Source: a virus
Lineage: Duplodnaviria; Caudoviricetes
IMG/VR virus record: IMGVR_UViG_3300020045_003670
Coordinates: 1 to 42,857 of that record
Direction: 5' to 3' (one strand)
Length of the DNA: 42,857 nucleotides
The number at the start of each line of letters is the position of its first letter. Position 1 is the first letter of the stretch. The translations under genes and the position numbers were made by a program. The notes under the pieces were generated by a model, which saw only the letters and a list, made by a program, of their open reading frames with translations, did no database searches and had not been told where the DNA came from. Shown one piece after another: positions 14,549-23,990 of this stretch.

Positions 14549-15085
14549 ATGAAGACTGCAATTTACGTCTTGTACGACCCAAGGGAATGCCGCGTTCGTT
14601 ATGTTGGCAAGAGCATTGACCCACATCGCCGCCTTCGCTCACATCGGTCCTTGAAGCGGACCAGATTTACTATGGTTGACCGGTGGATCGACGATATGAG
14701 GAAAGACGGAATAGCCCCAAGAATGCGGGTTGTTGGGTGGGTTGATGATTGGCAGTCTGCCGAGAAATATTTGATTGCTAGGTGTAGGGAAAGCGGGCGC
14801 AATATTTTCAATATTGAAGATGGTGGGTTGAGCGGAAAGACTTCTCAGAAAAGGCTATCCAACGCATGGGTTGTTTATAGAAAGTTGATGGCGACTCTCT
14901 CAAGGCACATAAACGCGGTTGAAGCTTCAGGCGGCAGTGACCGGCTTGTCTACATGAAGTCTAAACAGCGTTTGATCCGGCAACGTGTGATGGCTATGCA
15001 AAAAATCAGCCCAGACCTCGTGGAAGATTTTTACAAGAGGATCGAGGCCCGTTTTAGCCCGCAAGCCGCTTTACTGGGCGGTTGA
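14549..15085 (+). CDS. GIY-YIG nuclease (homing-endonuclease-like)
   Basis: AIYVLYDP...RYVGKSIDPHRRLRSH...AEKYLI...NIEDGG motifs. Confidence 0.8.
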   Translation: MKTAIYVLYDPRECRVRYVGKSIDPHRRLRSHRSLKRTRFTMVDRWIDDMRKDGIAPRMRVVGWVDDWQSAEKYLIARCRESGRNIFNIEDGGLSGKTSQKRLSNAWVVYRKLMATLSRHINAVEASGGSDRLVYMKSKQRLIRQRVMAMQKISPDLVEDFYKRIEARFSPQAALLGG

Positions 15086-15087
15086 CA

Positions 15088-15366
15088 ATGGCCGCAAGAA
15101 CAGCAATCCCGAGCAAGGAACAGCAGGAACGAACAAGGGCGGCAATTCAAACCACCCAGCTCGTAAAGCGCTTGCAGCTCTATGCGTTAGGCCAGAAGGA
15201 CGAGCAAGACTGCGTTCCTGATCTAGATGCTGGCAAGCTGAAGGCGATTGAAATCCTCTTGCGCAAGTCGCTGCCTGATCTTTCATCGGTTACGATTGGT
15301 GGTGACTCTGAAAACCCTCTGGTCTTGAACGTCACGATTGGCGGCAATGACGACGATCAATCTTAA
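15088..15366 (+). CDS. terS: Terminase small subunit (putative)
   Basis: Immediately upstream of and overlapping terL; RAAIQTTQLVKRL...KAIEILLRKSLPDL. Confidence 0.7.
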   Translation: MAARTAIPSKEQQERTRAAIQTTQLVKRLQLYALGQKDEQDCVPDLDAGKLKAIEILLRKSLPDLSSVTIGGDSENPLVLNVTIGGNDDDQS

Positions 15367-16615
15367 TTTTGTTGCGCGCCCTGCGTTCAACAAATATCTG
15401 AGGCGAGGGAACAGGTGGGCTTGCGTTGTTGCCCATCGCCGCGCCGGCAAGACTGTCGCCTGCATTATGGACCTGATCATCAAGGCCATTGAGCACAAAG
15501 GAAATGAGCCAAGATTTGCATATGTGGCACCGACCTATGCGCAGGCAAAGGATGTTGCGTGGTCGTATCTCAAAAAATATACGGCAGCTATCCCAGGCAT
15601 GGAAATTTCGGAGAGTGAGCTTTGGGTTCGCTTCCCGCACAACAAAGCGCGCATAAGGTTGTACGGCGCCGATAACTATGACCGAATGCGCGGGATCTAT
15701 CTTGATGGTGCGATCATCGATGAGGCTGGCGATATCGATCCGCGTGCGATCGGTGAGGTTATACGTCCAGCCCTGTCAGATCGCAAAGGTTGGGCTACTT
15801 TCATCGGCACTCCAAAGGGCCGCAATGAGTTTCATCGAATCCACGTCATGGCTGAGAGCCAGGATGACTGGTTTAGCGCGAGGCTCAAGGCGAGTGAAAC
15901 GGGAATCATCGATGCGGGCGAACTCAAAGACGCCAAACTGCAGATGACACCGGAAGCGTTTGCTCAGGAATATGAATGCAGCTTTGATGCTGCGGTCAAG
16001 GGTTCGTATTACGGCAAGGATGTCGAGGAGGCCCATGCTTCTGGCCGGGTTTGTTCGGTCGCCTACGACAAGGCCGCTGATGTCTTCGCGTCATGGGATC
16101 TTGGCATCGGTGACATGATGTCAATTTGGGTCGGCCAGATCGTTGGCAAGGAATGGCACTGGCTGCATTATTACGAGAACAACGGCTTTGGGCTCGACCA
16201 TTACGTTGATTACATCAAGAGCCTGCCTTACAATGTCCACCATCACTATTTGCCCCATGACGCCGAGGCAAGGGAGCTGCAAACCGGCAAGAGCCGCATA
16301 CAGTTTTTGACAGGTCGCGGACTGAAATGCTCTGTCGTTCCAAGGCATGAGGTTGACGACGGAATTAACGCTGTCCGAATGACATTCAACAAGATGTGGT
16401 TTGACAAGGATGGGTGCGCGAAAGGCATAGACTGCCTGCGAATGTACCGCACCGAGTTTGATGAAAAGAATCAGGTGTTAAAGTCCAGACCGCTTCATGA
16501 TTGGGCATCGCACGGTGCTGACAGCATGCGCTGTGGTGTCATGGGCGCCAATGAACCAAGAGACAAGCCAAAGATCGTCCGTCCCCGCGCTTCTGCCGGG
16601 GGGTGGATGGGTTAA
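15347..16615 (+). CDS. terL: Terminase large subunit
   Basis: HRRAGKT Walker A, IIDEA Walker B, GTPKG, WDLG, HDWASHGAD nuclease motifs. Confidence 0.95.
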   Translation: MTTINLNFVARPAFNKYLRRGNRWACVVAHRRAGKTVACIMDLIIKAIEHKGNEPRFAYVAPTYAQAKDVAWSYLKKYTAAIPGMEISESELWVRFPHNKARIRLYGADNYDRMRGIYLDGAIIDEAGDIDPRAIGEVIRPALSDRKGWATFIGTPKGRNEFHRIHVMAESQDDWFSARLKASETGIIDAGELKDAKLQMTPEAFAQEYECSFDAAVKGSYYGKDVEEAHASGRVCSVAYDKAADVFASWDLGIGDMMSIWVGQIVGKEWHWLHYYENNGFGLDHYVDYIKSLPYNVHHHYLPHDAEARELQTGKSRIQFLTGRGLKCSVVPRHEVDDGINAVRMTFNKMWFDKDGCAKGIDCLRMYRTEFDEKNQVLKSRPLHDWASHGADSMRCGVMGANEPRDKPKIVRPRASAGGWMG

Positions 16616-16634
16616 CAGCAATGGAGAGATTGCT

Positions 16635-16904
16635 ATGGATGTGAAAGCTGAAATAGACCGCATTGAGAGCCAAACAATCGGCCTCGATATAAACCTAAAT
16701 CGCCTAAGCACCGAGAAGGCAAAGATTGAATCCGTCATTCTGGCGATGCATACCCTTTACCTCTCTGTCTTCCAAGGTGGGGATGATAAGCCGCGCGAAC
16801 TTAAGTTCGAATGGAATGACGACGGGACTATTTCTGTCAACTATAAGATCAGCGTTTTGTCCAAGGCTTATGACAAGGTTCATGAAGAACTGACCGGTTC
16901 GTAA
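16635..16904 (+). CDS. Hypothetical moron protein
   Basis: GGAGAG SD; between terL and portal. Confidence 0.6.
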   Translation: MDVKAEIDRIESQTIGLDINLNRLSTEKAKIESVILAMHTLYLSVFQGGDDKPRELKFEWNDDGTISVNYKISVLSKAYDKVHEELTGS

Positions 16905-17019
16905 TCCAGCAATCCCCCGGTGCTCTCTCCCTGGGGTGATCGAGGGGCCTGCCGGCTCTATGCTTCAGGCTGGCGGGCCTCTATTGGAGATGGAGAGACA
17001 ACTTAACGGAGAGAATGAA

Positions 17020-17265
17020 GTGGAAATCTTGAACAAGCTTAATGAGAATGGTAAGATTCAATACACAGCTTATGTGACGCTATCCAAAAGTTGCGAATAT
17101 GTCCTTAATAGTTACTACGATGGGCTTCTCCCGAGCATTGAGCTCCGAGCGCACGTGATCAATGGGTCTTTGTCTGGGAGCGTGAAGTTTGACCTTTTTG
17201 ATTGGCACCACAAGGATGCTGAATTCACCCGCCACGCAAAGCTTCTGGAGGCGGTATTAACCTAG
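17020..17265 (+). CDS. Hypothetical moron protein
   Basis: GGAGAG SD before GTG; alternative ATG at 16990. Confidence 0.55.
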   Translation: MEILNKLNENGKIQYTAYVTLSKSCEYVLNSYYDGLLPSIELRAHVINGSLSGSVKFDLFDWHHKDAEFTRHAKLLEAVLT

Positions 17266-17312
17266 CCAACCGCCATCAAGCCCGGTATATTGAAGCCTTC
17301 ACAGGAGAGAAG

Positions 17313-17558
17313 GTGATGTTTGGATTGCTTCCGCCAAATTACATGCCGCCGCCTTTACATAAAATGAAGTTTCCTCATTCCCTCATAAACCCTAACCAAC
17401 ATTGTCATTGCCGAATTGGCAAGGTGAAAATGAAGCAGCCGGCCACGGCTAACCCTTTCGTTGATGAGCCGCCAACTGGAGCTGGAGTTATCGTCGGCTT
17501 GATTTTAGTGGTCTGGGTATTATGCGCGTGGATCATGAAATATGCGATGACCAATTAA
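17313..17558 (+). CDS. Small protein with C-terminal TM helix
   Basis: AGGAG SD; GVIVGLILVVWVLCAWIM. Confidence 0.55.
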   Translation: MMFGLLPPNYMPPPLHKMKFPHSLINPNQHCHCRIGKVKMKQPATANPFVDEPPTGAGVIVGLILVVWVLCAWIMKYAMTN

Positions 17559-17573
17559 CCTTCACAGGAGAGA

Positions 17574-17774
17574 GTGAAGATGATCAAAACCGAACTTCCA
17601 GAACCAATCATTCTAACGCACCAGATCGCTAGTTTGTGGCTCTATAGCATTGGCTGTTCCTCAATCGTAACGTGGTCATTCCTTGAGGGCGGTGTAGCGT
17701 CTGGGCTTGTCGCTATAGGTAGTGCTATTGCAATCCCGTTCATCGCAGCGGCAGCGGGCAGGGTGATGAGATGA
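17574..17774 (+). CDS. Small membrane protein
   Basis: AGGAG SD; two hydrophobic stretches. Confidence 0.55.
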   Translation: MKMIKTELPEPIILTHQIASLWLYSIGCSSIVTWSFLEGGVASGLVAIGSAIAIPFIAAAAGRVMR

Positions 17775-18139
17775 GGATTGTGGACCGTAAGACGTTTCTG
17801 GAGCTTCCTGCTGGAACGCTGTTTGCCCTGACCTTAGACGAAGAAACAATCATCCCGTATAGCGGGGTCATGATCAAGATGGGGCAGTCAGAGGGCGGCG
17901 CGAATGTGCTGAACACATTCCCTGATTTTGAGGGCGGCGATACCCCAGACAAGTTCTTTCAGTTGATGACAATGATGGTGTCTGGATGCGCTAGACCAAA
18001 GGCCAATTACGACATTGATGGTCTTGGTGTGGATGATTCCAAATGGGTTGATGATAAAGAATTGTATTTCGTGTGGGATAAGGCAGACCATAAGAAGCTG
18101 ATCAACTGCCTGACTATGGCTTACGATAAACTCCCATAA
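17771..18139 (+). CDS. Hypothetical phage protein
   Basis: MRIVDRKTFLELPAGTLF N-terminus; ATGA overlap. Confidence 0.7.
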   Translation: MRIVDRKTFLELPAGTLFALTLDEETIIPYSGVMIKMGQSEGGANVLNTFPDFEGGDTPDKFFQLMTMMVSGCARPKANYDIDGLGVDDSKWVDDKELYFVWDKADHKKLINCLTMAYDKLP

Positions 18140-18162
18140 GCTAATCACATTCCAATCCATTC

Positions 18163-18186
18163 AAGGCTCCTTCGGGGGCCTTTTTT
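18163..18186 (+). terminator. Intrinsic terminator
   Basis: AAGGCTCC-TTCG-GGGGCC-TTTTTT with a cUUCGg loop. Confidence 0.85.
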
Positions 18187-18205
18187 ATTGCCCGAAAGGC
18201 GATTT

Positions 18206-18391
18206 ATGCAAGCCCATAAAACAGATCATGACCAATGGGTTGAAACCACAAACGCCGACATGCATGCGCGTTGCGCTCAATTAGAACAAACTGGTGTGAA
18301 GTGCGAAATTGCGCACTGGGGCAATGGGAAGCTGCTCTCTTGGAGAGAGTGGTTCACATCCATGGGGATGAAGGCAGACGATGGCCGATAA
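18206..18391 (+). CDS. Small hypothetical protein upstream of portal
   Basis: GAAAGG SD before ATG; overlaps the portal start. Confidence 0.5.
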   Translation: MQAHKTDHDQWVETTNADMHARCAQLEQTGVKCEIAHWGNGKLLSWREWFTSMGMKADDGR

Positions 18392-20663
18392 ACCTAAGAA
18401 CGCAGAGACATCGCTGGAGGAAGCCCGCAAGGAATTCCAGCGCTGCCAGGATGGCGAGAAAGACAATCGCCTCACTGCGCTTGAGGACATCAAATTTGCA
18501 CGTCTCGGTGAGCAATGGCCTGAAGATGTTGTAAAACAGCGGATGATCGAAAAGCGCCCAATGCTGACGATCAACAAGCTGCCGGCATTCATCCGCCAAG
18601 TGGTGAACGACAGCCGCCAGAACAAGCCATCGATCACGGTGCATCCTGTCGATAGCAGGGCAGACCCGAAGACAGCCGAAGTTCTATCCGGGATCATCCG
18701 CAACATTGAATCCGTCTCAAATGCAGATGTTGCCTATGACACTGCATGCGAACAGGCTGTTACCGGCGGATTTGGCTATTGGCGCGTCACGCTTGGCTAT
18801 GCCTATGACGACGCATTTGACCTTGATGTTCTAATCGAGCGGATCACCAACCAGTTCTCGGTCTATGGAGATCCGAACAGCACTGCCGCCGATTCCTCGG
18901 ATTGGGATGTGGCATTCATCACCGATCGCATCCCGAAGGCGACGTTTGAGCGTAAGTACAAGGGCAAAGCGAACGTCTCATGGGATGACAGCGCATGGTC
19001 TGAGTGCGGCGAATGGCTGAATGATGACGGCGTTCTGGTTGCTGAATGGTGGCGTCGGTACGAAGAAGACAAGGAAATCGTACAGCTCGATGACGGGATG
19101 ATTTTCTCCATTGAGGACATCGAAGCGAATGAGGATTTGCAACTGGCCATCGAGATGGGCGAGCGGACAATCGTCAAGCGCCGCACCATCAAATCAAAGC
19201 GGGTGACGCAGACGATCATTTCCGGCGTCGATATTCTTGAAGAAGAAAAGGATTTCCCGGGCTGCTACATTCCGATCGTTCCGGTTTATGGCGATGAAAT
19301 CATTGTTGAGGGCAAGCGCTATTTCCGTGGTCTGGTGAATGCCGCCAAAGACGCGCAGCGGATGTTCAACTACTGGCGCTCGACAGCGACAGAGCTTGTT
19401 GCCCTTGCGCCTCGTGTGCCGTGGGTGGGCCATGAATCCGCCTTCGCCGCCGATGATCGATGGGCAACCGCAAATACCGATAGTCATTCATACCTGACCG
19501 TAACGGACGGCCAGCAGCTCCCACAACGCCAGCCTATGGACACAGGATCGGCTGGCGGCGCTCTGCAGGAAGCATTGAACGCTTCTGACGACATGAAGGC
19601 AATCATCGGCATGTATGACGCCAGCCTTGGCGCTCGCTCGAATGAAACATCTGGAAAGGCCATCATGGCCCGCCAGCGCGAAGGCGACGTGGCGACGTTC
19701 CATTTCATCGACAACGTAACCAGAGCAATCCGTCATACCGGCAAGATCCTGATTGGGCTTATTCCGAAGGTCTACACCGGAGAGCGCATCATGCGTGTTC
19801 TCGGTGAGGATGGCGAGGCGAAGAATATCCCGGTCAACAAGGAATTCGCCGCCGACGAGGAAGGCAACCCAATTCCCGAAGAACAGATGGCACAGCAGCA
19901 GATGGGCGGCGGAATGCCAATGGCTGGCCCAGGGATGGCACAGGAAGACGAAGGCGCGGCGCATGAGGATATGGAAGCCGCGCAACGCACGATGGCTCTC
20001 CATGACCTTTCCTTGGGCAAATACGACGTAACCGTTAAATCTGGCCCGTCGTTTACATCTAGGCGCGAAGAAGCTGCCTATCAGATGACTGAATTCGTCC
20101 GCAGCTTTCCGCAGGCGGCTCCTGTCATTGGCGACCTTCTGGCTAAAAACCTCGATTGGCCTGGTGCCGATGAAATCGCCAAGCGGCTTGAGAAATTGAG
20201 CGGGCAGGGCGAACAGCCTCAAATCCCGCCAGAACTTCAACAGCAGATCGAGCAGGGACAGCAGCTTATCGAGCAGCAGCAGGCTGAAATAGAGAGAATG
20301 AAGGCCGACACTGCATCCGAACAGCAGAAGATCCAGACGCAGGCCGAATTGCAGGCCCGCAAGCAAGACATGGATTATCAGCTTGGGCTGCAGAAGCTCG
20401 AACAGGAAAAGCGGTTGAAGCTGCTTGAAGATGGCGGCGTAGAGCAAATGGGCGCAGATGGTGCCGTTGTCATGAAAACCCGCGCTGACATGCAGAACGA
20501 AGCGATCATGCAGGGGCTGACGATGATTGCCCAGATTGCGCAGCAGACGGCGGCTGTAACTACGCAAAAGCTTGACCAGCTTGGGTATGTGATGGCGGCG
20601 CCAACAGTCATTGAGCGTGACGAGTCTGGCCGCCCGGTCGGGGCGCGCAAGGTTCTTAACTGA
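18381..20663 (+). CDS. Portal protein, P22-like
   Basis: GEQWP...RPMLTINKL...AKDAQRMFNYW...SNETSGKAIMARQ...GKYDVTV..GPSF; Q-rich barrel C-terminus. Confidence 0.95.
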   Translation: MADKPKNAETSLEEARKEFQRCQDGEKDNRLTALEDIKFARLGEQWPEDVVKQRMIEKRPMLTINKLPAFIRQVVNDSRQNKPSITVHPVDSRADPKTAEVLSGIIRNIESVSNADVAYDTACEQAVTGGFGYWRVTLGYAYDDAFDLDVLIERITNQFSVYGDPNSTAADSSDWDVAFITDRIPKATFERKYKGKANVSWDDSAWSECGEWLNDDGVLVAEWWRRYEEDKEIVQLDDGMIFSIEDIEANEDLQLAIEMGERTIVKRRTIKSKRVTQTIISGVDILEEEKDFPGCYIPIVPVYGDEIIVEGKRYFRGLVNAAKDAQRMFNYWRSTATELVALAPRVPWVGHESAFAADDRWATANTDSHSYLTVTDGQQLPQRQPMDTGSAGGALQEALNASDDMKAIIGMYDASLGARSNETSGKAIMARQREGDVATFHFIDNVTRAIRHTGKILIGLIPKVYTGERIMRVLGEDGEAKNIPVNKEFAADEEGNPIPEEQMAQQQMGGGMPMAGPGMAQEDEGAAHEDMEAAQRTMALHDLSLGKYDVTVKSGPSFTSRREEAAYQMTEFVRSFPQAAPVIGDLLAKNLDWPGADEIAKRLEKLSGQGEQPQIPPELQQQIEQGQQLIEQQQAEIERMKADTASEQQKIQTQAELQARKQDMDYQLGLQKLEQEKRLKLLEDGGVEQMGADGAVVMKTRADMQNEAIMQGLTMIAQIAQQTAAVTTQKLDQLGYVMAAPTVIERDESGRPVGARKVLN

Positions 20664-20962
20664 TGGCAAGTGGAATTGGGTCTGCGGAGATCGATTTTGG
20701 GGCTTTCCCAGGTTCGAACGAGGCCAGTGTTCTGGTGACGGGACAGGCCGACATCACGGCAGCAAGCAAGGCCGAATCCTACATCATGGCCGATAGCACG
20801 ACGACGGATCACACGGCCTCAGATCATCGATATGCAGCAGCGCTTATGGGTCTGACATGCGGAGATCTTGTCGCGGCAACTGGTTTCACAATTTACGCCA
20901 GATCACTGGAAAAGCTTCAAGGTAAGTTTTCCGTGCAATGGGTCTGGGCGAGGACGGAGTAG
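20663..20962 (+). CDS. Putative virion structural protein
   Basis: Coupled to portal; beta-rich; GFTIYA...VQWVW terminus. Confidence 0.6.
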   Translation: MASGIGSAEIDFGAFPGSNEASVLVTGQADITAASKAESYIMADSTTTDHTASDHRYAAALMGLTCGDLVAATGFTIYARSLEKLQGKFSVQWVWARTE

Positions 20963-20964
20963 AA

Positions 20965-22416
20965 ATGGCACTTGATGCAAATATCGTAGGCGCTCTAAGT
21001 GGTACTGGTGCCGATGTAGACGCCAGCCGACGCCTGAAAACCATCATGCCAGATGGGTCCGTTCCATCTGAGGCCGCTGGTGTGGTTTTCTTCTCGGAAT
21101 CGGACCCCGGCGCGATTACTGGCGATCGGTATATTTTGCCGCCGGAAGCGGATATGGATTACCGCCTGCGCATCGGGCAAGACACTCTTCTCGATGAAGA
21201 AGTGTTCAACTACACGGCGCAGAATACCGGGAAATTCTCCTATTCGAACACGACTATGGCCGTTGCTCATGCTACATCCGGTGTGCAGACAAACAGCGGT
21301 TCTATCGTCACGACCACGACGGGCGTCATGTATCGCGGATACAAGACATATCCGTTGATTGACCCTGGCACACTGGAAGTTTCCACAACGGTTGCATTCT
21401 CGGCATCTTCTGTCCCGACGAATACAATTGTCGATTACGGTCTGATGCTGCCGAACACGACAAACCCGTATGCCACGACGGACGGTTGTTATATCCGAGC
21501 AACGTCGGCAGGCTGGTTCGGCGTGATCAACCATAACGGGACCGAAACAACCACAAGCCCGTTTGACTTCACACCTGTTGCTAACCAGGCATATGGGTTC
21601 ATCATTGTCATCCATGAGCGCCAGGTGCAGTTCTGGATTGACAATGTGCTTTATGGCTCGATTGATGTTCCTGTCGGGCAGGGCCAGCTTTACATGTCGG
21701 AATCCCTGCCTTGGGGTTTCAGGCACGTCATCACGGGCGGCGCGGCTGGGTCGGTGTTCCAGTGCGTGTTCAAAAACTATTCGGTCGCCATCGGTGGATT
21801 GCAGATTTCCGACACCTTCGGGGAAATGACAAATCGGTCAGCGGGTGCCTATGAGGGCCTGTCTGGCGGCACGATGGGAACGCTTGCCTCCTATGCCAAT
21901 AGTGCGGACCCAACGGCATCAGCGGCTCTATCCAATACCGCTGCGCTCGTTACCGGGCTCGGTGGCCAGTTCCGGTTCAACGCTGCTGCCACGGCGGTTA
22001 CAGACGGGATTGTGGTATCGTATCAGGTGCCGGCGATCACAGTTTCGACGCGTAACAGGCGGCTGAAAATCAACGGTATCCGCATCGACTGCATCAACAC
22101 AGGAGCGGCTGTAGCAACGACAGCAACGGCGCTGCAATGGTCGCTGGCATTTGGCCATAGCGCGGTTTCTTTGGCAACGGCAGAAGCTGCAACAACCAAG
22201 GCCCCGAGGCGAATTCCTGTCGGTATCATGACATGGCCTATCGGCGCGGCTATCGGTGCGCAGCCGCAAATGGGCGCGATCGATCTGCAGTTTGACAGCC
22301 CGGTTTATGTCAACGCGGGCGAGTTTGTCGCCTTTGTCGCAAAGTTCATAATCGGCACGGCGACAGCCTCTCAGGTCATTTGGGGAACGGCAACCGTCAT
22401 CCATTCGTGGGAATAG
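20965..22416 (+). CDS. Putative head fibre/decoration protein (Thr/Ala/Gly-rich, possible lectin-like domain)
   Basis: GGAG SD; beta-strand-rich with VQFWIDNVLYG; head-module position. Confidence 0.55.
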   Translation: MALDANIVGALSGTGADVDASRRLKTIMPDGSVPSEAAGVVFFSESDPGAITGDRYILPPEADMDYRLRIGQDTLLDEEVFNYTAQNTGKFSYSNTTMAVAHATSGVQTNSGSIVTTTTGVMYRGYKTYPLIDPGTLEVSTTVAFSASSVPTNTIVDYGLMLPNTTNPYATTDGCYIRATSAGWFGVINHNGTETTTSPFDFTPVANQAYGFIIVIHERQVQFWIDNVLYGSIDVPVGQGQLYMSESLPWGFRHVITGGAAGSVFQCVFKNYSVAIGGLQISDTFGEMTNRSAGAYEGLSGGTMGTLASYANSADPTASAALSNTAALVTGLGGQFRFNAAATAVTDGIVVSYQVPAITVSTRNRRLKINGIRIDCINTGAAVATTATALQWSLAFGHSAVSLATAEAATTKAPRRIPVGIMTWPIGAAIGAQPQMGAIDLQFDSPVYVNAGEFVAFVAKFIIGTATASQVIWGTATVIHSWE

Positions 22417-22419
22417 CGC

Positions 22420-22902
22420 ATGTCTCTCCTGCTCTTTGTCGCCGGGGAAAGGCAGGCCGCACCACGCAAGGAAGTGTACTGGCCCGGGACGAAGATAACG
22501 CGGGACCGCTTCAAGGCAATGCAGCGGGAATCGCTGGGTCGGTATCTAGACAGCGAGCGTGAAAGACTAGCCAAGGCAAGCGTTCCGGTCACGCAAAGGC
22601 AGGTTAAGAAGGCAGCCAAGCGCGTCATCAACAGGATTGCGAACGACTATGAGGTGAGAGGGATTCTCACCCCTGCAGATCGAGCGGATTTAATGCCGGC
22701 TGCAATCACAGCAATACAAACAGTGGGACAACAGTCTGCTGTCATCCTAGACTTTTCCGAGGGCATGTTTCTTCGGGCATTGAGGATCAAGGAAGCGATC
22801 GAAGCGCGGCGCGAAGCCGATGCCCGGATTGCTGAATACAACGCGTCTGTGCAGCGGATGATGGACGAAGACGCAGCTTCCATCCTGTTGCTTCTCACAT
22901 AA
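22420..22902 (+). CDS. Hypothetical head-region protein
   Basis: C-terminal DEDAASILLL motif; position. Confidence 0.65.
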   Translation: MSLLLFVAGERQAAPRKEVYWPGTKITRDRFKAMQRESLGRYLDSERERLAKASVPVTQRQVKKAAKRVINRIANDYEVRGILTPADRADLMPAAITAIQTVGQQSAVILDFSEGMFLRALRIKEAIEARREADARIAEYNASVQRMMDEDAASILLLLT

Positions 22903-23000
22903 CCAGCGATCAAACCAATCCCACGCGCCAAGGGTTAGCGGCGCAATCACCTCTGACAGTCCCAAAACAATCATCAATCCTTGAAAGGGAATGACTCGCT

Positions 23001-23987
23001 ATGTCGCTTGAAGAGACAACCACGGCAGCTCCGGTTTTGCAGGAAACTGCACCGGAGCCAAGCACGGATCTCGCCACCCGCTTTGAGGGCTTTGTTGACC
23101 TTGACGCTCCTGAACCGGAAACGGCAACTCAGGGCGAACCAACGGAAGGCAATGAAGAAACAGACCAGCCCGATGATTTGGAACCCGAAGAAGCCGACAC
23201 TTGGGCCGGCTACGAAGATTTCGAAATCGACGGCAAGGTTCTGAAAATCCCGTCTGAAGCCAAGGAATACATGCTTCGGCAGGCCGACTACACCCGCAAA
23301 ACGATGGCAACTGCGGATCTGGAAAGGCAGCTGAAAGCTCGGGAACAGGAACTGAACCAACAGTTCCAGAAAACAGAGGAAGAATTCAACGCTCATCTGG
23401 AGCTATCCCAGATCAGCAAGCAACTGAAACAGGTTGAAGGTGTTGACTGGGCTGCAGAGTACCAGAAGATCCTCAACGACCCGGCCTTGATTGATGATCC
23501 GCTTGCTCAACAGGCGGAAGTCAACAAGTTTCAGGCTTTCTACATGCAGGCTCAAAACCTGCAACGCCAGCAGCAGGCATTGCTGCAGCAGACCGAACAA
23601 GCAGCACAAAGACGGACCGAAGCAGCGCAGCAGGACACTGCCAAGCGCCTCGCGGCAACCACGGAGTTCGCTGTCAAGAATATCAAGGGCTGGACGCCAG
23701 AACTTGATGCAAAGATCACCGAGTTCGCCGTGAAGGATCTCGGGTTTGATGTGGATACGCTCAAAGGATCGTACACCCCGCAAATCTACAAGACCCTGCA
23801 CCTCGCCTATCTCGGCCAGCAAACACAACTCCGTCAACAGACCGCCAGACCATCACCATCATTGAAGCCTGTCGCGACACAAACCGTCTCGGCAAAGGCT
23901 AGCGTTGCGACCAGCTTTGACCCTGAGAGGGCAAGCATGAGCGATTACGCGAAGGAATGGGCTGCGCGGCAAGCGCGAAAGACCTAA
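23001..23987 (+). CDS. Capsid scaffolding protein
   Basis: Acidic N-terminus, LRQADYTRKT motif, coiled coil; directly upstream of the coat gene. Confidence 0.85.
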   Translation: MSLEETTTAAPVLQETAPEPSTDLATRFEGFVDLDAPEPETATQGEPTEGNEETDQPDDLEPEEADTWAGYEDFEIDGKVLKIPSEAKEYMLRQADYTRKTMATADLERQLKAREQELNQQFQKTEEEFNAHLELSQISKQLKQVEGVDWAAEYQKILNDPALIDDPLAQQAEVNKFQAFYMQAQNLQRQQQALLQQTEQAAQRRTEAAQQDTAKRLAATTEFAVKNIKGWTPELDAKITEFAVKDLGFDVDTLKGSYTPQIYKTLHLAYLGQQTQLRQQTARPSPSLKPVATQTVSAKASVATSFDPERASMSDYAKEWAARQARKT

Positions 23988-23990
23988 CAC

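Noticed and set aside
19488-20669. 393-aa reverse-strand ORF
   Set aside because: Antisense shadow of the portal gene (Leu-rich mirror of CAG/GAG codons)
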